Shown here one piece after another: positions 50,178-61,338 of a stretch of 64,000 bases of DNA. The stretch is taken from positions 1,088,001-1,152,000 of the forward strand of contig OY970067.1 of NCBI GenBank assembly GCA_963705305.1. Reading direction: 5' to 3'. Positions within the stretch are counted from its first letter, which is position 1. Each line of letters begins with the position of its first letter. The position numbers were made by a program, and so were the translations under genes. A model generated the notes under the pieces. The model did not search any database and was not told the origin of the DNA. It was given only the letters and a program-made list of their open reading frames with translations. This DNA comes from an uncultured Methylomirabilota bacterium (lineage in GTDB: Bacteria; Methylomirabilota; Methylomirabilia; Methylomirabilales; 2-02-FULL-66-22).

Positions 50178-50354
50178 TTAGCAGGATGCTGGAAAACTCG
50201 TCTTCGCCCAGGCTGCTCAAGAAGGTCCAGATGTCCCTCGACTTGGCTCGGGACCGTGAGCCTGTCGAACGGCAAGGCGGCGCGCCGGGTACCCGGCCGA
50301 AGGCTGGGCACCCATCAGATGGGTACCCGGCAGATGGACCTTTTTCAGCAGCCT
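50178..50354 (+). repeat. MITE-like dispersed repeat, copy D
   Basis: TTAGCAGGATGCTGGAAAA...CAGGCTGCTCAAGAAGG...CCTTTTTCAGCAGCCT; 39-nt cassette at 50234-50272. Confidence 0.85.
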
Positions 50355-50356
50355 CG

Positions 50357-50626
50357 TCAGTCCATTGACTTGGTGAACGACCGGAGGGTCGCGGTCGGGG
50401 GTCGCCCCGGGTCGAATTCCGGCATGGAGTAGCCGGCCTCCTGCAAACCCTCCCGCTCTTCCGCGCTGGCCTCGACGATGCTGAAATCGCCGAATCCGGC
50501 ATCATCGGGCAGGAGGGCCTCGCCGCTCTCCAGGATCACCACCGCCAGCCCATCCGCCCGCAGGGTGCGCTGCTCCAGACTGGCTCGCAGCATCAGGTTC
50601 TCCAGGAGCCCGCAGCTGAGCTTCAT
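50357..50626 (-). CDS. Hypothetical protein
   Basis: 89-aa ORF with GGAGG RBS downstream of lon. Confidence 0.55.
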   Translation of the reverse strand: MKLSCGLLENLMLRASLEQRTLRADGLAVVILESGEALLPDDAGFGDFSIVEASAEEREGLQEAGYSMPEFDPGRPPTATLRSFTKSMD

Positions 50627-50673
50627 ATCCCCTCCCCCTCCCCGTGGGCCGCGATCCGAGCGGATGGTCGACT

Positions 50674-53136
50674 TCAGGGGTGGCCCGCGCCGGCCGTCTC
50701 GGGCGTAAGGGCCTGCGCCAGAACCTCCTCGGCCGTATCCACGAAGGAAAACTTCAGATCGCGGCGGACCTCTGCGGGGACGTCCTCCACGTCCTGCTCA
50801 TTCCGCCGGGGCAGGATCAAGCGCCTGATCCCGATGCGGTGGGCGGCCAGGACCTTCTCCTTGATCCCGCCCACCGGCAGGACCTTGCCCCGCAGGGTGA
50901 TTTCGCCCGTCATGGCGAGGTCGCTGCGCACCGGCCGCCCGGTGACCAGCGAGGCCACGGCGGTCGTCATGGTGACGCCGGCCGACGGCCCGTCCTTGGG
51001 GATGGCGCCGGCCGGCACGTGGATGTGCATCCGTTTTCCCTCGAAGAGTGCGGGGTCGATCCCGAGGGCGCCGGCATTGGATCGGACGTACGAGACGGCC
51101 GCCTGCGCGCTCTCCCGCATGACATCCCCCAGCATCCCGGTGAGGAGCAAGCCCTCCTCCTTGCTCGACATCATGGTCGCCTCGACGAAGAGGACGTCGC
51201 CGCCAGCCGGAGTCCAGGCCAGGCCCGTGGCCACGCCCGGGCGGGTGGTCCGTTCCGCCACCTCGTCGAAGAAGCGCTGGCGCCCCAGGAAATCGTGCAG
51301 GTTCTGAGCCGTCACGCGCACCGGCTCCGTTTTCCCCTCGGCGATGAAGCGGGCCACCTTGCGGGCCACCGAGGCGATCTGCCGGTCCAAGCTGCGGACC
51401 CCCGCCTCGCGCGTGTAGCCGCGGATGATCTCCCGCAACGCCTCGGCCTCAAAGGCAACCTCCTCCGGCTTCAGCCCGTGCGCCTCCCGCTGCTTGGGAA
51501 CGAGATACTGCTCGGCGATCCGGATTTTCTCCTCGTCCGTGTAGCCCGACAGCTCCAGGATCTCCATCCGATCGCGCAGCGGGGCCGGAATGGTCTCCAG
51601 CGTGTTGGCGGTGGCGATGAAGAGCACCTGGGACAGGTCGAAGCTCACCCCCAGATAGTTGTCCATGAAGGTGTAATTCTGGGCCGGGTCCAGCACCTCC
51701 AGCAGCGCGGAGGAGGGATCCCCCCGCCAGTCGGCCCCCACCTTGTCGATCTCGTCCAGCATGAAGACAGGATCCCGGGCGCCGGCGCGCCGGAGCCCCT
51801 GGACGATCCGCCCCGGCATGGCCCCGATGTAGGTCCGCCGGTGGCCGCGGATCTCGGCCTCGTCCCGCACGCCTCCCAGGGACATGCGGATGAACTTCCG
51901 TCCCAGGGCCCGCGCGATGCTCTGGCCCAGGCTGGTCTTTCCCACGCCGGGCGGTCCGACGAAGCACAGGATCGGCTCGCGGGTGGGCTGATCGCCCGGG
52001 GTCGGCGCCTTGGCGCCGTCCCCGGCGGGGGCCGGCTGCGCGGCGCCGGGGAATCCTGCCGTGTGGCGATCCAGCCGCAGCTTCTTGGCCGCCAGATACT
52101 CCAGGAGGCGATCCTTGATCTTCTCCAGATCGTAGTGGTCCTCGTCCAGGATTCGGCGGGTATGCGGGACGTCGATGGCCCCCCCCGTCATGACGTTCCA
52201 GGGCAGGTCGACCATCCACTCCAGGTAGGTGCGGATGATCCCGTGCTCGGGCGAAGCCTCGGGAATGCTGCTCAGGCGCTTCAGCTCGCGCTCCGCCTCG
52301 CGCTGCGCCTCCTCGGGAAGCTTGGCCTCCTCCAGCCGCTTGTGCAGATCCTCGGCCTGGTCCCCCTCCTGATCCTCGCCCAGCTCCCGCTGGATCGAGC
52401 GCAGCTGTTCCCGCAGGAAGTAGTCCCGCTGGGTCTTGCTGAGCCGCTCCTGCGTGTCGGCGGTGATCTTCTCGCCCAGCTCGCGCACCGCCAGCTCGCG
52501 CTGCAGCAGGTCGATGATCCGCCGCAGCTTCCGATCCATCGGATCCAGCTCCAGGATCTCCTGGCGGACGGAGGCCTCCATCGGCACCACCGCCCCGACC
52601 AAGTAGGCGACCTGCCGGGGGTCGGTCAGCTGCTCCGCCGCGGCGCCCAGCTCGTCCGGGATCTCGGCGGCCATCCCCACCAGGCGCCGGAACAGATCCA
52701 CCGCGGCGCGGCGGAGGGCGTCCCCCTCCGTGCTCTGTTCGGTCTGGTCCGGGGCGGCCTGCACGCGAGCCACGAGATACGGCTCGGTCTGGACGAATTC
52801 CGCGAACCGGACCCGCTCCAGCCCTTGCATCACCAGACGAAGGCTTCCGTCCGGCGCGCGGGAGAGCTGGTGGATCACCCCCACCGTGCCCATGGCGTAC
52901 AGATCCGCGGGGCCGGCCTCATCCGGGGCCTCGGACCGCTTCAGGACCACGGCCAGGATGCGATTCAGCCGCATCACGTCGTCGACCAGCTTCACCGAGC
53001 GCGGCAGGCTGACGGCGATCGGGGCCATGGCCATGGGAAAGACCACCGTGCTGCGGAGCGGCAGGACCGGCAGGCTGTCGGGGATGGCGAACCGCTCCTG
53101 CGGCGCCTGCTGTTCCTCCCGGACCTCATCGGCCAT
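50674..53136 (-). CDS. lon: ATP-dependent protease La
   Basis: [53 protein letters not shown]. Confidence 0.95.
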   Translation of the reverse strand: MADEVREEQQAPQERFAIPDSLPVLPLRSTVVFPMAMAPIAVSLPRSVKLVDDVMRLNRILAVVLKRSEAPDEAGPADLYAMGTVGVIHQLSRAPDGSLRLVMQGLERVRFAEFVQTEPYLVARVQAAPDQTEQSTEGDALRRAAVDLFRRLVGMAAEIPDELGAAAEQLTDPRQVAYLVGAVVPMEASVRQEILELDPMDRKLRRIIDLLQRELAVRELGEKITADTQERLSKTQRDYFLREQLRSIQRELGEDQEGDQAEDLHKRLEEAKLPEEAQREAERELKRLSSIPEASPEHGIIRTYLEWMVDLPWNVMTGGAIDVPHTRRILDEDHYDLEKIKDRLLEYLAAKKLRLDRHTAGFPGAAQPAPAGDGAKAPTPGDQPTREPILCFVGPPGVGKTSLGQSIARALGRKFIRMSLGGVRDEAEIRGHRRTYIGAMPGRIVQGLRRAGARDPVFMLDEIDKVGADWRGDPSSALLEVLDPAQNYTFMDNYLGVSFDLSQVLFIATANTLETIPAPLRDRMEILELSGYTDEEKIRIAEQYLVPKQREAHGLKPEEVAFEAEALREIIRGYTREAGVRSLDRQIASVARKVARFIAEGKTEPVRVTAQNLHDFLGRQRFFDEVAERTTRPGVATGLAWTPAGGDVLFVEATMMSSKEEGLLLTGMLGDVMRESAQAAVSYVRSNAGALGIDPALFEGKRMHIHVPAGAIPKDGPSAGVTMTTAVASLVTGRPVRSDLAMTGEITLRGKVLPVGGIKEKVLAAHRIGIRRLILPRRNEQDVEDVPAEVRRDLKFSFVDTAEEVLAQALTPETAGAGHP

Positions 53137-53548
53137 GCGTCCCACCCCCCTTCGGCTTGGGCAGCCGGACCCGTAGGAGCCCGCGCTCGTAGGTGGCCTC
53201 GACCGTGTCGGCTTCGATGGGCTTCCGCAGGGGCACCTCCACGCGGAAGGGTCCCTGGCGGATCCCCACCGCGTGGTACAGGCCTCCCTCCTCGCAGCCG
53301 GGCAGGGTCCGCCGACCCTCCACCACCAGGGCGTCCTCGTAGAGGAGCACATCCATTTCCTCCTCGGCCACCCCGGCCAGCTCCACGACCACCATGAGGG
53401 CGTCCGCCGTCTCGTACACGTCCGCCTCCGGGCGCCAGCACGGCTGGGCCAGGATTCCCTGCCAGCTGCCCTGCCAGATGTCCTCCAGGGGATGCGACCG
53501 CCCGGCGACGACCATCGCGTACCGAATGCCCAAACGTCGATAGCGCAT
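53126..53548 (-). CDS. Hsp20/alpha-crystallin family protein
   Basis: WRPEADVYET, ELAGV, GPF, ATYERGLL.V.LPK. Confidence 0.88.
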   Translation of the reverse strand: MRYRRLGIRYAMVVAGRSHPLEDIWQGSWQGILAQPCWRPEADVYETADALMVVVELAGVAEEEMDVLLYEDALVVEGRRTLPGCEEGGLYHAVGIRQGPFRVEVPLRKPIEADTVEATYERGLLRVRLPKPKGGGTHGR

Positions 53549-53618
53549 GCTCACCCTCTCCTCACCTTGTCCTCGAGTCGGACCGAGGGAATGGGAATGG
53601 CGCAGGCGGTGGCCACAC

Positions 53619-53861
53619 TCAGCGCCGCGGCGAGCGCCCGGACAGGTGCTCGGCCAGCAGGTAGGCCCCTACGGCCGGGAAGAACAGGACGACCTCCGCG
53701 ATGAAGTTGTGGGTGTTTCCCGGGTTGAACCAGCTGAGGACGCCTGCCGCCGCGGTCCGGAAGCTGCCGGTCTGTGACATCTTGCCGACCAGGGCGATCA
53801 GGTTCGCGGTGACGGCGACTCCCACCCAGACCCGGCTGAATGTAAAGAGAAACTGAACCAT
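53619..53861 (-). CDS. Small membrane hypothetical protein
   Basis: MVQFLFTFSRVWVGVAV... with two hydrophobic segments. Confidence 0.5.
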   Translation of the reverse strand: MVQFLFTFSRVWVGVAVTANLIALVGKMSQTGSFRTAAAGVLSWFNPGNTHNFIAEVVLFFPAVGAYLLAEHLSGRSPRR

Positions 53862-53992
53862 GGTTTCTCTCGCGCCCCGTCCAGCCGCGGGGTGCTGGCA
53901 TACCGGCCCGGGGGACCGACGTATGATACCACAGCAACGGAGGGCGTCAGCCCCCGATTGCAGGAGAGCGCTCGGACAGGGCCGGCGCGGGC

Positions 53993-55336
53993 TCAATCCG
54001 CCGGCGCGGGGCCCCGCCGCTCGGCCTGCGGCGCGTCCCAGAGCTTCCGCTTGTCGACCACACGCTGGGCCTTGCCCTCGAAGCGCTGGAGCGTCTTTTT
54101 CTCGACCAGCTTCACCTCGACGCTGATGCCCAGCTCTTGCTGAACGCGCTTCTTGATATGCTCCACGATCTCGCGCTGGCGCCGCATCTGGTCGAAGAAG
54201 ATCGACTCGGCCGCCTCCACCAAGAGCGTCACTTCGTCCATGGCTCCCTGGCGGTCGATGACGATCTGGTAGTGCGGCTCCGTGCCTTCGATCTCGAACA
54301 GCACGGCCTCGAACTGGGAGGGGAAGACGTTCACCCCCCGGATGATCAGCATGTCGTCGGTGCGCCCCATCACCCGGCTCATGCGCCGCCCCGTGCGGCC
54401 GCACGGGCAGTCTCCGGGCAGGAGGCGGGTGAGGTCGCGCGTGCGGTAGCGGATCATGGGGAAGGCTTCCTTGGTGAGGCTCGTGATCACCAGCTCGCCG
54501 GTCTGCCCCGGCGGCACCGGCTGCAGGGTCTCCGGGTCCACGGTCTCGATCAGGAAGTGGTCCTCGTTGATGTGCAGCCCCTGCCGCTCCAGGCACTCGC
54601 CCGAGACCCCGGGACCGATGATCTCGGAGAGGCCGTAGTTGTCGGTGGCGATGATCCCAAGCTTGTCCTCGATCTCCTGCCGCATGGCGTCCGACCAGGG
54701 CTCCGCCCCGAACAGGCCGTACTTCAGCGAGATGGCCGAGACCGGGATCCCCATCTCGCGCAGCGTGTCGCCGATGAGCAGGGCGTAGGACGGCGTGGAG
54801 ACGAGGGCGGTGGTCTTGAAATCGGTCATGATCTTGATCTGGCGCGCCGTGTTGCCGCTGGAGGCCGGGATGACCGAGGCCCCCAGCCGCTCCGCCCCGT
54901 AGTGCAGGCCGAAGGCTCCGGTAAAAAGGCCGTAGCCGAAGGCGATCTGGACTACGTCGTCCTTGGTGACCCCGCCGGCCACCAAAATGCGCGCCACCAG
55001 GTTGCTCCAGGTCTTGATGTCGTTGCGCGTGTAGCCGACCACGGTGGGCATCCCCGTGGTTCCCGACGAGGCGTGCACCCGCACCACCTCCCGCATGGGA
55101 ACGGCGAAGAGTCCGTAGGGGTAGTTGTCGCGGAGATCCTCCTTGGTCGTGAACGGCAGGCGGGCCAGGTCGTCGAGGGAGATCACGTCCTCGGGCGACA
55201 GGCCCAGGGCGTCGAACTTCCTGCGGTAGAAGGGGACGTGACTATAGACCCGGTTGAGCGTCGCCTGTAGCCGCTCCAGCTGGAGCTGCTCCAGCTCCTC
55301 GCGCTCCATGCACTCAAACTGTGGCTCCCAGTACAT
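53993..55336 (-). CDS. paaK: Phenylacetate-CoA ligase family
   Basis: [46 protein letters not shown]. Confidence 0.92.
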   Translation of the reverse strand: MYWEPQFECMEREELEQLQLERLQATLNRVYSHVPFYRRKFDALGLSPEDVISLDDLARLPFTTKEDLRDNYPYGLFAVPMREVVRVHASSGTTGMPTVVGYTRNDIKTWSNLVARILVAGGVTKDDVVQIAFGYGLFTGAFGLHYGAERLGASVIPASSGNTARQIKIMTDFKTTALVSTPSYALLIGDTLREMGIPVSAISLKYGLFGAEPWSDAMRQEIEDKLGIIATDNYGLSEIIGPGVSGECLERQGLHINEDHFLIETVDPETLQPVPPGQTGELVITSLTKEAFPMIRYRTRDLTRLLPGDCPCGRTGRRMSRVMGRTDDMLIIRGVNVFPSQFEAVLFEIEGTEPHYQIVIDRQGAMDEVTLLVEAAESIFFDQMRRQREIVEHIKKRVQQELGISVEVKLVEKKTLQRFEGKAQRVVDKRKLWDAPQAERRGPAPAD

Positions 55337-55485
55337 CGCCGTCCTCCTTCGAACCGAATCCCCGATGCCTCCGCGCCACGGGGCGACCCTCTGAAATCCG
55401 GTGGATCGATCGGTCCTCCGGGGCCGCTCTCCCGGGGGCCCGCACCCAGACGCAATGACACGCGACCCCGCCGGTGCCCCCCTGG

Positions 55486-56220
55486 CTACCGGCCGACGTC
55501 CCGCTCGCGCCCCAGGTACGCCCGCTGCACGTCCCGGTTCGCCAGCAGCTCCTCGGACGACCCCTGCAGCACCACGCGGCCCGTCTCCAGGACGTACCCG
55601 CGGTCGGCGATGGCCAGGGCCCCGCGCGCGTTCTGCTCCACGAGGAGGATTGTCATCCCCCGCTCCGCCCGTAGCCGGGCGATGTGCTCGAAAATCTCCC
55701 GGACCACCCGCGGGGCCAGGCCCATGGAGGGCTCGTCCAGCAGCAGGACCTTGGGCCGCGACAGCAGCGCGCGCCCGATGACCAGCATCTGCTGCTCGCC
55801 CCCGGAGAGGGTCCCCGCGGCCTGCCGCCGCCGCTCCGCCAGGACCGGGAACAGCCCGAAGACCTCCTCGACCTCGGCGCGGATGGCCCGGTGGGTCCGA
55901 AAGCTGAATCGGTGATACGCGCCCAGGAGCAGGTTGTCTTCCACCGTGAGGGGCTTGAAGACGTGCCGCCCCTCCGGCACGTGGGCCACACCCTCGCGCA
56001 CGATCCGGTCGGGCCGCAGATGCGTGATGTCCCGTCCGTTGACGGCCACCTCGCCCGCGGCGGCCCGGACGATGCCGGTGACGGCGGCCAGCAGCGTCGA
56101 CTTCCCCGACCCGTTGCCGCCCAGCAGAGCCACGATCTCGCGTTCCCCGACGTGGATCGACGCCGCGCGCAGGGCGTGGATCATCCCGTAGTAGACCTGC
56201 AGGTTCTTGACCCTCAGCAT
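55486..56220 (-). CDS. livF: Branched-chain amino acid-type ABC transporter ATPase
   Basis: [36 protein letters not shown]. Confidence 0.9.
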   Translation of the reverse strand: MLRVKNLQVYYGMIHALRAASIHVGEREIVALLGGNGSGKSTLLAAVTGIVRAAAGEVAVNGRDITHLRPDRIVREGVAHVPEGRHVFKPLTVEDNLLLGAYHRFSFRTHRAIRAEVEEVFGLFPVLAERRRQAAGTLSGGEQQMLVIGRALLSRPKVLLLDEPSMGLAPRVVREIFEHIARLRAERGMTILLVEQNARGALAIADRGYVLETGRVVLQGSSEELLANRDVQRAYLGRERDVGR

Positions 56221-56999
56221 CGGGTCTCCTCCCCCAGGTAGGCCGCGATCACCGCGTCGTTCTGCTGGATCTCCAGCGGCGTCCCGCTGGCGATCACTTC
56301 GCCGTAGTTCAGGACCAGAACCTGGTCCGAGATCCGCATCACCAGGTCCATGTCGTGCTCGACCAGGAGAACGGTCACCCCCCGCTCCACGACCTTCCGG
56401 ATGAGGATCCCCAGATCTCCCGTCTCCTTCAGGTTCAGTCCCGCCGCCGGCTCGTCCAGGAGCAGCACCTTGGGTTCGGCGCACAGCGCTCGCGCGATCT
56501 CCAGCAGGCGGGCCGCCCCAAACGGAAGCTGCCCGGCCGGGAGCTCCTGCTGGGCGGCGAGCCCCACGAACTCCAGGGCCGCCTCCGCCCGCCGGCGCAG
56601 CGCCCGCTCCTCCCGGAAGAAGCGCCGGGTCCGAAAGAAGTAGTCCAGCGGTCCGTACGTCCCCAGCAGATGTGCGCCGGTGAGGGCGTTCTCCAGGACC
56701 GTCATGTTGGTGAACAGCTCCAGATTCTGAAACGTCCGCGCGATCCCCGCCCGCGCCACCCGGTGCGCCGGCAGGTGGGAGAGGCGCGTCCCGTCCAGGA
56801 AGATCTCCCCCGCCTCCATCCGGTAGAAGCCGGTGATGACGTTGAAGAGCGAGGTCTTCCCCGCGCCGTTGGGGCCGATGATGGCCTGGAGACACCCCCG
56901 CGGGACGGAGAAGGACGCCCCGTGAAGCGCCGTCACCCCCCCGAAGCGCAGGCGGATTCCCTCCCCCCGGAAAAAGGCGGCGGCCGCCAGCGCGCTCAT
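56214..56999 (-). CDS. livG: Branched-chain amino acid-type ABC transporter ATPase
   Basis: [32 protein letters not shown]. Confidence 0.9.
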   Translation of the reverse strand: MSALAAAAFFRGEGIRLRFGGVTALHGASFSVPRGCLQAIIGPNGAGKTSLFNVITGFYRMEAGEIFLDGTRLSHLPAHRVARAGIARTFQNLELFTNMTVLENALTGAHLLGTYGPLDYFFRTRRFFREERALRRRAEAALEFVGLAAQQELPAGQLPFGAARLLEIARALCAEPKVLLLDEPAAGLNLKETGDLGILIRKVVERGVTVLLVEHDMDLVMRISDQVLVLNYGEVIASGTPLEIQQNDAVIAAYLGEETRC

Positions 57000-57991
57000 C
57001 GGGCGGCCCCCTTCTTGGTCGGCCGAGCCGCGCCCAACGCGAGATGCCCGAGCGCCCGTGCGGCGCGGGCCATTCCCTCGACCAGGCCGCCGGGCAAAAA
57101 CATCATGCACACGACCAGGATGGCCCCGTAGATCAGGATGTCGAAATCCTCCACGGCCCGCAGCAGCTCCGGCAGCGCGGTGAGGAACAGCGCCCCCGCG
57201 ACCGCGCCCCACAGGGAGTCCATCCCTCCCAGCACTGCCATGGTGACCAGCAGGATGGAGGCGTGGAACCCGAACGTCCCGGGCGAGACGAAGGTCACAT
57301 AGTGGGCGTACAGGGTGCCGGCCACCCCGGCGTAAAAAGCGCTCAGAACGAACACGAAGAGCTTGTAGCGGCCCGTATCCACTCCCAGGACCCCGGCGGC
57401 CGCCTCGCTGGTATGAATGGCCCGAAGCGCCCGCCCCACGCGCGAACGCACCAGGTTCTGCGCCAGGACGAACAGCACCAGGACCGCGCCCCAGACCACG
57501 TAGTAATACGCCCGGTCCGAGGCGACGACCGCGCCGAGCGCCCCCAGGCGCGGGATCCCCGGAAAGCCGGAGGGCCCGCCGGTCAGCGCCGTGGCCTCGT
57601 TCAGGACGATGTAGACGATGATGCCGAAGCCCAGGGTCCCCATGGCCAGGTAGTGGCCCTTCAGCCGGAGAGTGGGGATGCCGATGAGAAACGCCACCAG
57701 GAGGGCCAGCAGGATCCCGGCGGCCATCCCCGCAGGAACCGGCCAGTGCCAGGTGGTGGTGAGAATGCCCGTGGCGTAGGCGGCGATTCCGTAGAACGCG
57801 GCGTGTCCCAGGGAGATCTGTCCGGCGTAGCCCATGAGGAGGTTCAGCCCCAGCACGACGATGACGTTAAAGCCGCCGACGATGAGGACCGTGAGATAGT
57901 AGTCGTTTCCCAGGACGAAGGGCGCGAGGGCCACGGCCGCGGCGAAACCCGCGAGCCCGAGAGGGTGGCCGGAGCGGGGCGGGGCGGCCAT
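56996..57991 (-). CDS. livM: Branched-chain amino acid-type ABC transporter permease
   Basis: GLNLLMGYAGQISLGHAAF, LRLKGHYLA, GRALRAI. Confidence 0.9.
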   Translation of the reverse strand: MAAPPRSGHPLGLAGFAAAVALAPFVLGNDYYLTVLIVGGFNVIVVLGLNLLMGYAGQISLGHAAFYGIAAYATGILTTTWHWPVPAGMAAGILLALLVAFLIGIPTLRLKGHYLAMGTLGFGIIVYIVLNEATALTGGPSGFPGIPRLGALGAVVASDRAYYYVVWGAVLVLFVLAQNLVRSRVGRALRAIHTSEAAAGVLGVDTGRYKLFVFVLSAFYAGVAGTLYAHYVTFVSPGTFGFHASILLVTMAVLGGMDSLWGAVAGALFLTALPELLRAVEDFDILIYGAILVVCMMFLPGGLVEGMARAARALGHLALGAARPTKKGAAR

Positions 57992-57992
57992 C

Positions 57993-58871
57993 TTACACCC
58001 GCTCCGCGTTGCGGGCCCCGAACAGGCCGCTGGGGCGGACGAAGAGGAGCGCCAGCAGGATGACGAATGCCACCGCGTCCTTGTATCCGGAGGAGATGAG
58101 CCCCGCACTCAGCGACTCCAGGATCCCCAGCAGCACCCCGCCCACCACGGCCCCGAACGGATTGCCCAGCCCCCCCAGGATGCAGGCGGCAAACCCCTTG
58201 AGCCCCAGCAGGATCCCCACATCGTACGCGGTAAGGGTGATGGGAGCCAGGATTACGCCTCCCAGGGCCCCCACCAGGGCCGAGAAGGCGAAGGACCAGG
58301 TGACCATGGTCTCCACGCTGATGCCCATCAGGGCGGCTGCCTTACGATCGCAGGCGCAGGCTCGCATGGCCTTCCCGGAGATCGTCCGGTCGAAGTACAG
58401 CTTCATGGCCACGACAGTGAGGAGCGTGACCCCTCCCACCCACAGGCTCTGCGGGAGGAGCGAGGCCCCCCCTATGGCCAGTGGGCTGTTGCCCGAAAAG
58501 CCCGGCAGCGAATAGGTGTCCTTCCCGAAGAGGAGCATAGCCCCGCCCCGCAACAGGATGGAGACGCCGATGGTGATGATGATGAGGGTGATGGCCGATC
58601 GGCCCCGCACCGGGCGGATGGTGAGGCGGTCCACCAGGACGCCGATGGTTGTGGTGAGCGCTACCGCCAGGAGAACCGCCGCCGCCAGCGGCAGCCCCCC
58701 CCAGCGGATGGCGAAGACCGCCAGCATGCCCCCCAGCATGACGAACTCCCCCTGGGCAAAGTTGATGATCTCGGTGGTGTTGAAGATCACCGTGAAGCCC
58801 AGGGCGGTCAGCCCGTAGGTGGCGCCGACGGTCGCCCCGGAGATGAGATACTGCAGCAGCGCAGAGCCCAC
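57993..58871 (-). CDS. livH: Branched-chain amino acid-type ABC transporter permease
   Basis: ALGFT, INFAQGEF, GKAMRA, KGFAA.ILGGLG. Confidence 0.9.
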   Translation of the reverse strand: MGSALLQYLISGATVGATYGLTALGFTVIFNTTEIINFAQGEFVMLGGMLAVFAIRWGGLPLAAAVLLAVALTTTIGVLVDRLTIRPVRGRSAITLIIITIGVSILLRGGAMLLFGKDTYSLPGFSGNSPLAIGGASLLPQSLWVGGVTLLTVVAMKLYFDRTISGKAMRACACDRKAAALMGISVETMVTWSFAFSALVGALGGVILAPITLTAYDVGILLGLKGFAACILGGLGNPFGAVVGGVLLGILESLSAGLISSGYKDAVAFVILLALLFVRPSGLFGARNAERV

Positions 58872-58973
58872 GCGCCCCCCGGTTGCCCTGGTCTCTACCG
58901 CGCGAAGACCGAAGGGCCGGCTGCGGACCCCCGGCCGGCTCCTCGGGTGCGTGACGGTCGCGGTCGATTCAGG

Positions 58974-60122
58974 CTAGCGAACCAGCTGCCAGTTGCCATT
59001 CGTGATGCGGACCATCACGAAGGCGTCCTCGGTCAGCCCGTTGTGATCCTGCGGCGAGAAGTTGAACTGCCCGTCCGTGGCCCAGAAGCCCCGGATCTTC
59101 TCCAGGGCGTCCCGGATGGCGGCGGACTGGGCCGACTTGGCGTCCTGGATGGCGCGGGTCACCAGCATGATGCCATCCCAGGCGTGGCCGCCGAAGGTCG
59201 AGACCGGCTGGTGGAACTCCTGCTCGTATTTGCGGCTGTAGTCCGTGAGGAGCGCCTTCTCCGGGTCGCTGGCCGGGAGCTGGTCCGCCACGATCAGGCG
59301 GCCTGCCGGCAGGAGGATCCCCTCGGCGTTCTTCGCGCCCGCCAGCTCGATGAACTTCATGGAGGCCACCCCGTGGCTCATATAGAGCGGGAGCGTGATG
59401 CCCAGCTGCACTCGGTTGCGCGCGATGACCGCCGGCCCGGGGTTGGTCCCCCAGACGACGATGGCCTGGGCGTCAGCGCCCTTGATGCGGGTGAGCTGGG
59501 CGGTCATGTCGGTGTCCTTGGGGCCGTAGACCTCGTCGGCGACGATGGTCATCCCGGCCGGACCCGCCACGGCCTGCAGCTCTTCCCGCCCCGCCGCGCC
59601 GAAGGCGTCGGAGACTGTGAGAATGGCAATCCTCTTGATCCCCTGCTGTGTGGCATGTTGGTAGATCTTCTTCACCGCCAGGAAGTCGCTCTGCGGGGTC
59701 TTGAAGACCCATGGCTTCACCGGATCCACGATCTTCTTGGCGGCGGCGCAGGAGATCAGGGGGACCTTGGCGGCCTCGAAGCGGGGGATGATGGCCAGGG
59801 TGTTCCCCGAGGTGCTGGGCCCCACCACGGCCACCACCTGGTCCCGCTTCAGGAGCCGGTCGGCGGCCGTCACGGCCTTGGTGGCGTCGGTCTCGTCGTC
59901 GTAGATCACCAGCTCCACCGGGCGGCCCAGGAGGCCGCCGGCCCGGTTGATATCCGCCTCCAGCATCTTGGCCGTGTTCCGCTCCGGCTCTCCCAGGAAG
60001 GAGGCCAGCCCGGTGACCGAGAAGATGGCGCCGATCCGGATGGGCTCGGCGGCCGGGGCCGCACCCGGCAGGGCCGCCAGCACACCCACGGCCAGCAGAC
60101 ACATGACAAGCGACCTGTGCAT
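58974..60122 (-). CDS. ABC transporter substrate-binding protein (LivJ/K-like), copy 2
   Basis: Signal peptide, IRIGAIFSVTG, INRAGG, YDDE. Confidence 0.9.
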   Translation of the reverse strand: MHRSLVMCLLAVGVLAALPGAAPAAEPIRIGAIFSVTGLASFLGEPERNTAKMLEADINRAGGLLGRPVELVIYDDETDATKAVTAADRLLKRDQVVAVVGPSTSGNTLAIIPRFEAAKVPLISCAAAKKIVDPVKPWVFKTPQSDFLAVKKIYQHATQQGIKRIAILTVSDAFGAAGREELQAVAGPAGMTIVADEVYGPKDTDMTAQLTRIKGADAQAIVVWGTNPGPAVIARNRVQLGITLPLYMSHGVASMKFIELAGAKNAEGILLPAGRLIVADQLPASDPEKALLTDYSRKYEQEFHQPVSTFGGHAWDGIMLVTRAIQDAKSAQSAAIRDALEKIRGFWATDGQFNFSPQDHNGLTEDAFVMVRITNGNWQLVR

Positions 60123-60153
60123 GAGACCCCCTCTCTGCGTGCGTGACTGCGGG

Positions 60154-61299
60154 TTATCGGACCAGCTGCCAGTTGCCATTCGTGATGCGGACCATCACGA
60201 AGGCGTCCTCGGTCAGCCCGTTGTGATCCTGCGGCGAGAAGTTGAACTGCCCGTCCGTGGCCCAGAAGCCCCGGATCTTCTCCAGGGCGTCCCGGATGGC
60301 GGCGGGCTGGGCCGACTTGGCGTCCTGGATGGCGCGGGCCACCAGCATGATGCCATCCCAGGCGTGGCCGCCGAAGGTCGAGACCGGCTGGTGGAACTTC
60401 TGCTCGTACTCACCGCTGTAGTCTACGAGGAGGGTCTTCTGCGGGTCGCTGGCCGGGAGCTGGTCCGCCACGATCAGGCGGCCTGCCGGCAGGAGGATCC
60501 CCTCGGCGTTCTTCGCGCCCGCCAGCTCGATGAACTTCATGGAGGCCACGCCTGAGCTCATGTACAGCGGCAGCCGCACGCCCAGCTGCACTCGGTTGCG
60601 CGCGATGACCGCCGGCCCGGGGTTGGTCCCCCAGACGACGATGGCCTGGGCGTCAGCGCCCTTGATGCGGGTGAGCTGGGCGGTCATGTCGGTGTCCTTG
60701 GGGCCGTAGACCTCGTCGGCGACGACCTGGACGCCCGCCTGCGGCGCCGCCTCTTTGATGTCCTCCCGGCCACCGGCCCCGTAGGCATCCGAGGCGGTGA
60801 GGAGCGCCATGCGCTTCAGGCCCTTCTTCTGCAGATCCATGAGGATGCGCCGGGCGGCCAGGACGTCGCTGGCCGGCACCTTGAAGACCCATGGCTTCAC
60901 CGGATCCACGATGTTCTTGGCGGCGGCGCAGGAGATCAGGGGGACCTTGGCGGCCTCGAAGCGGGGGATGATGGCCAGGGTGTTCCCCGAGGTGCTGGGC
61001 CCCACCACGGCCACCACCTGGTCCCGCTTCAGGAGCCGGTCGGCGGCCGTCACGGCCTTGGTGGCGTCGGTCTCGTCGTCGTAGATCACCAGCTCCACCG
61101 GGCGGCCCAGGAGGCCGCCGGCCCGGTTGATATCCGCCTCCAGCATCTTGGCCGTGTTCCGCTCCGGCTCTCCCAGGAAGGAGGCCGGCCCGGTGACCGA
61201 GAAGATGGCGCCGATCCGGATGGGCTCGGCGGCCGGGGCCGGACTCACCAGCGTCCAGACCAGCAGTAGCACCGCCCCAAGACCTCCGATGACTCGCAT
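60154..61299 (-). CDS. ABC transporter substrate-binding protein (LivJ/K-like), copy 1
   Basis: Near-identical tandem paralog at 1,180-bp offset. Confidence 0.9.
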   Translation of the reverse strand: MRVIGGLGAVLLLVWTLVSPAPAAEPIRIGAIFSVTGPASFLGEPERNTAKMLEADINRAGGLLGRPVELVIYDDETDATKAVTAADRLLKRDQVVAVVGPSTSGNTLAIIPRFEAAKVPLISCAAAKNIVDPVKPWVFKVPASDVLAARRILMDLQKKGLKRMALLTASDAYGAGGREDIKEAAPQAGVQVVADEVYGPKDTDMTAQLTRIKGADAQAIVVWGTNPGPAVIARNRVQLGVRLPLYMSSGVASMKFIELAGAKNAEGILLPAGRLIVADQLPASDPQKTLLVDYSGEYEQKFHQPVSTFGGHAWDGIMLVARAIQDAKSAQPAAIRDALEKIRGFWATDGQFNFSPQDHNGLTEDAFVMVRITNGNWQLVR

Positions 61300-61338
61300 G
61301 GTCCGCTCCCTTTCCCTTTCGCGGTCGCGCCCGGCCGC

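Noticed and set aside
50644..53397. 917-aa + strand ORF and many other long antisense ORFs
   Set aside because: Shadow ORFs opposite genuine genes (here lon), expected at ~70% GC.
58974..61299. Tandem substrate-binding genes as a DGR template/variable pair
   Set aside because: Differences are block-wise and not adenine-specific; no DGR RT or avd gene.
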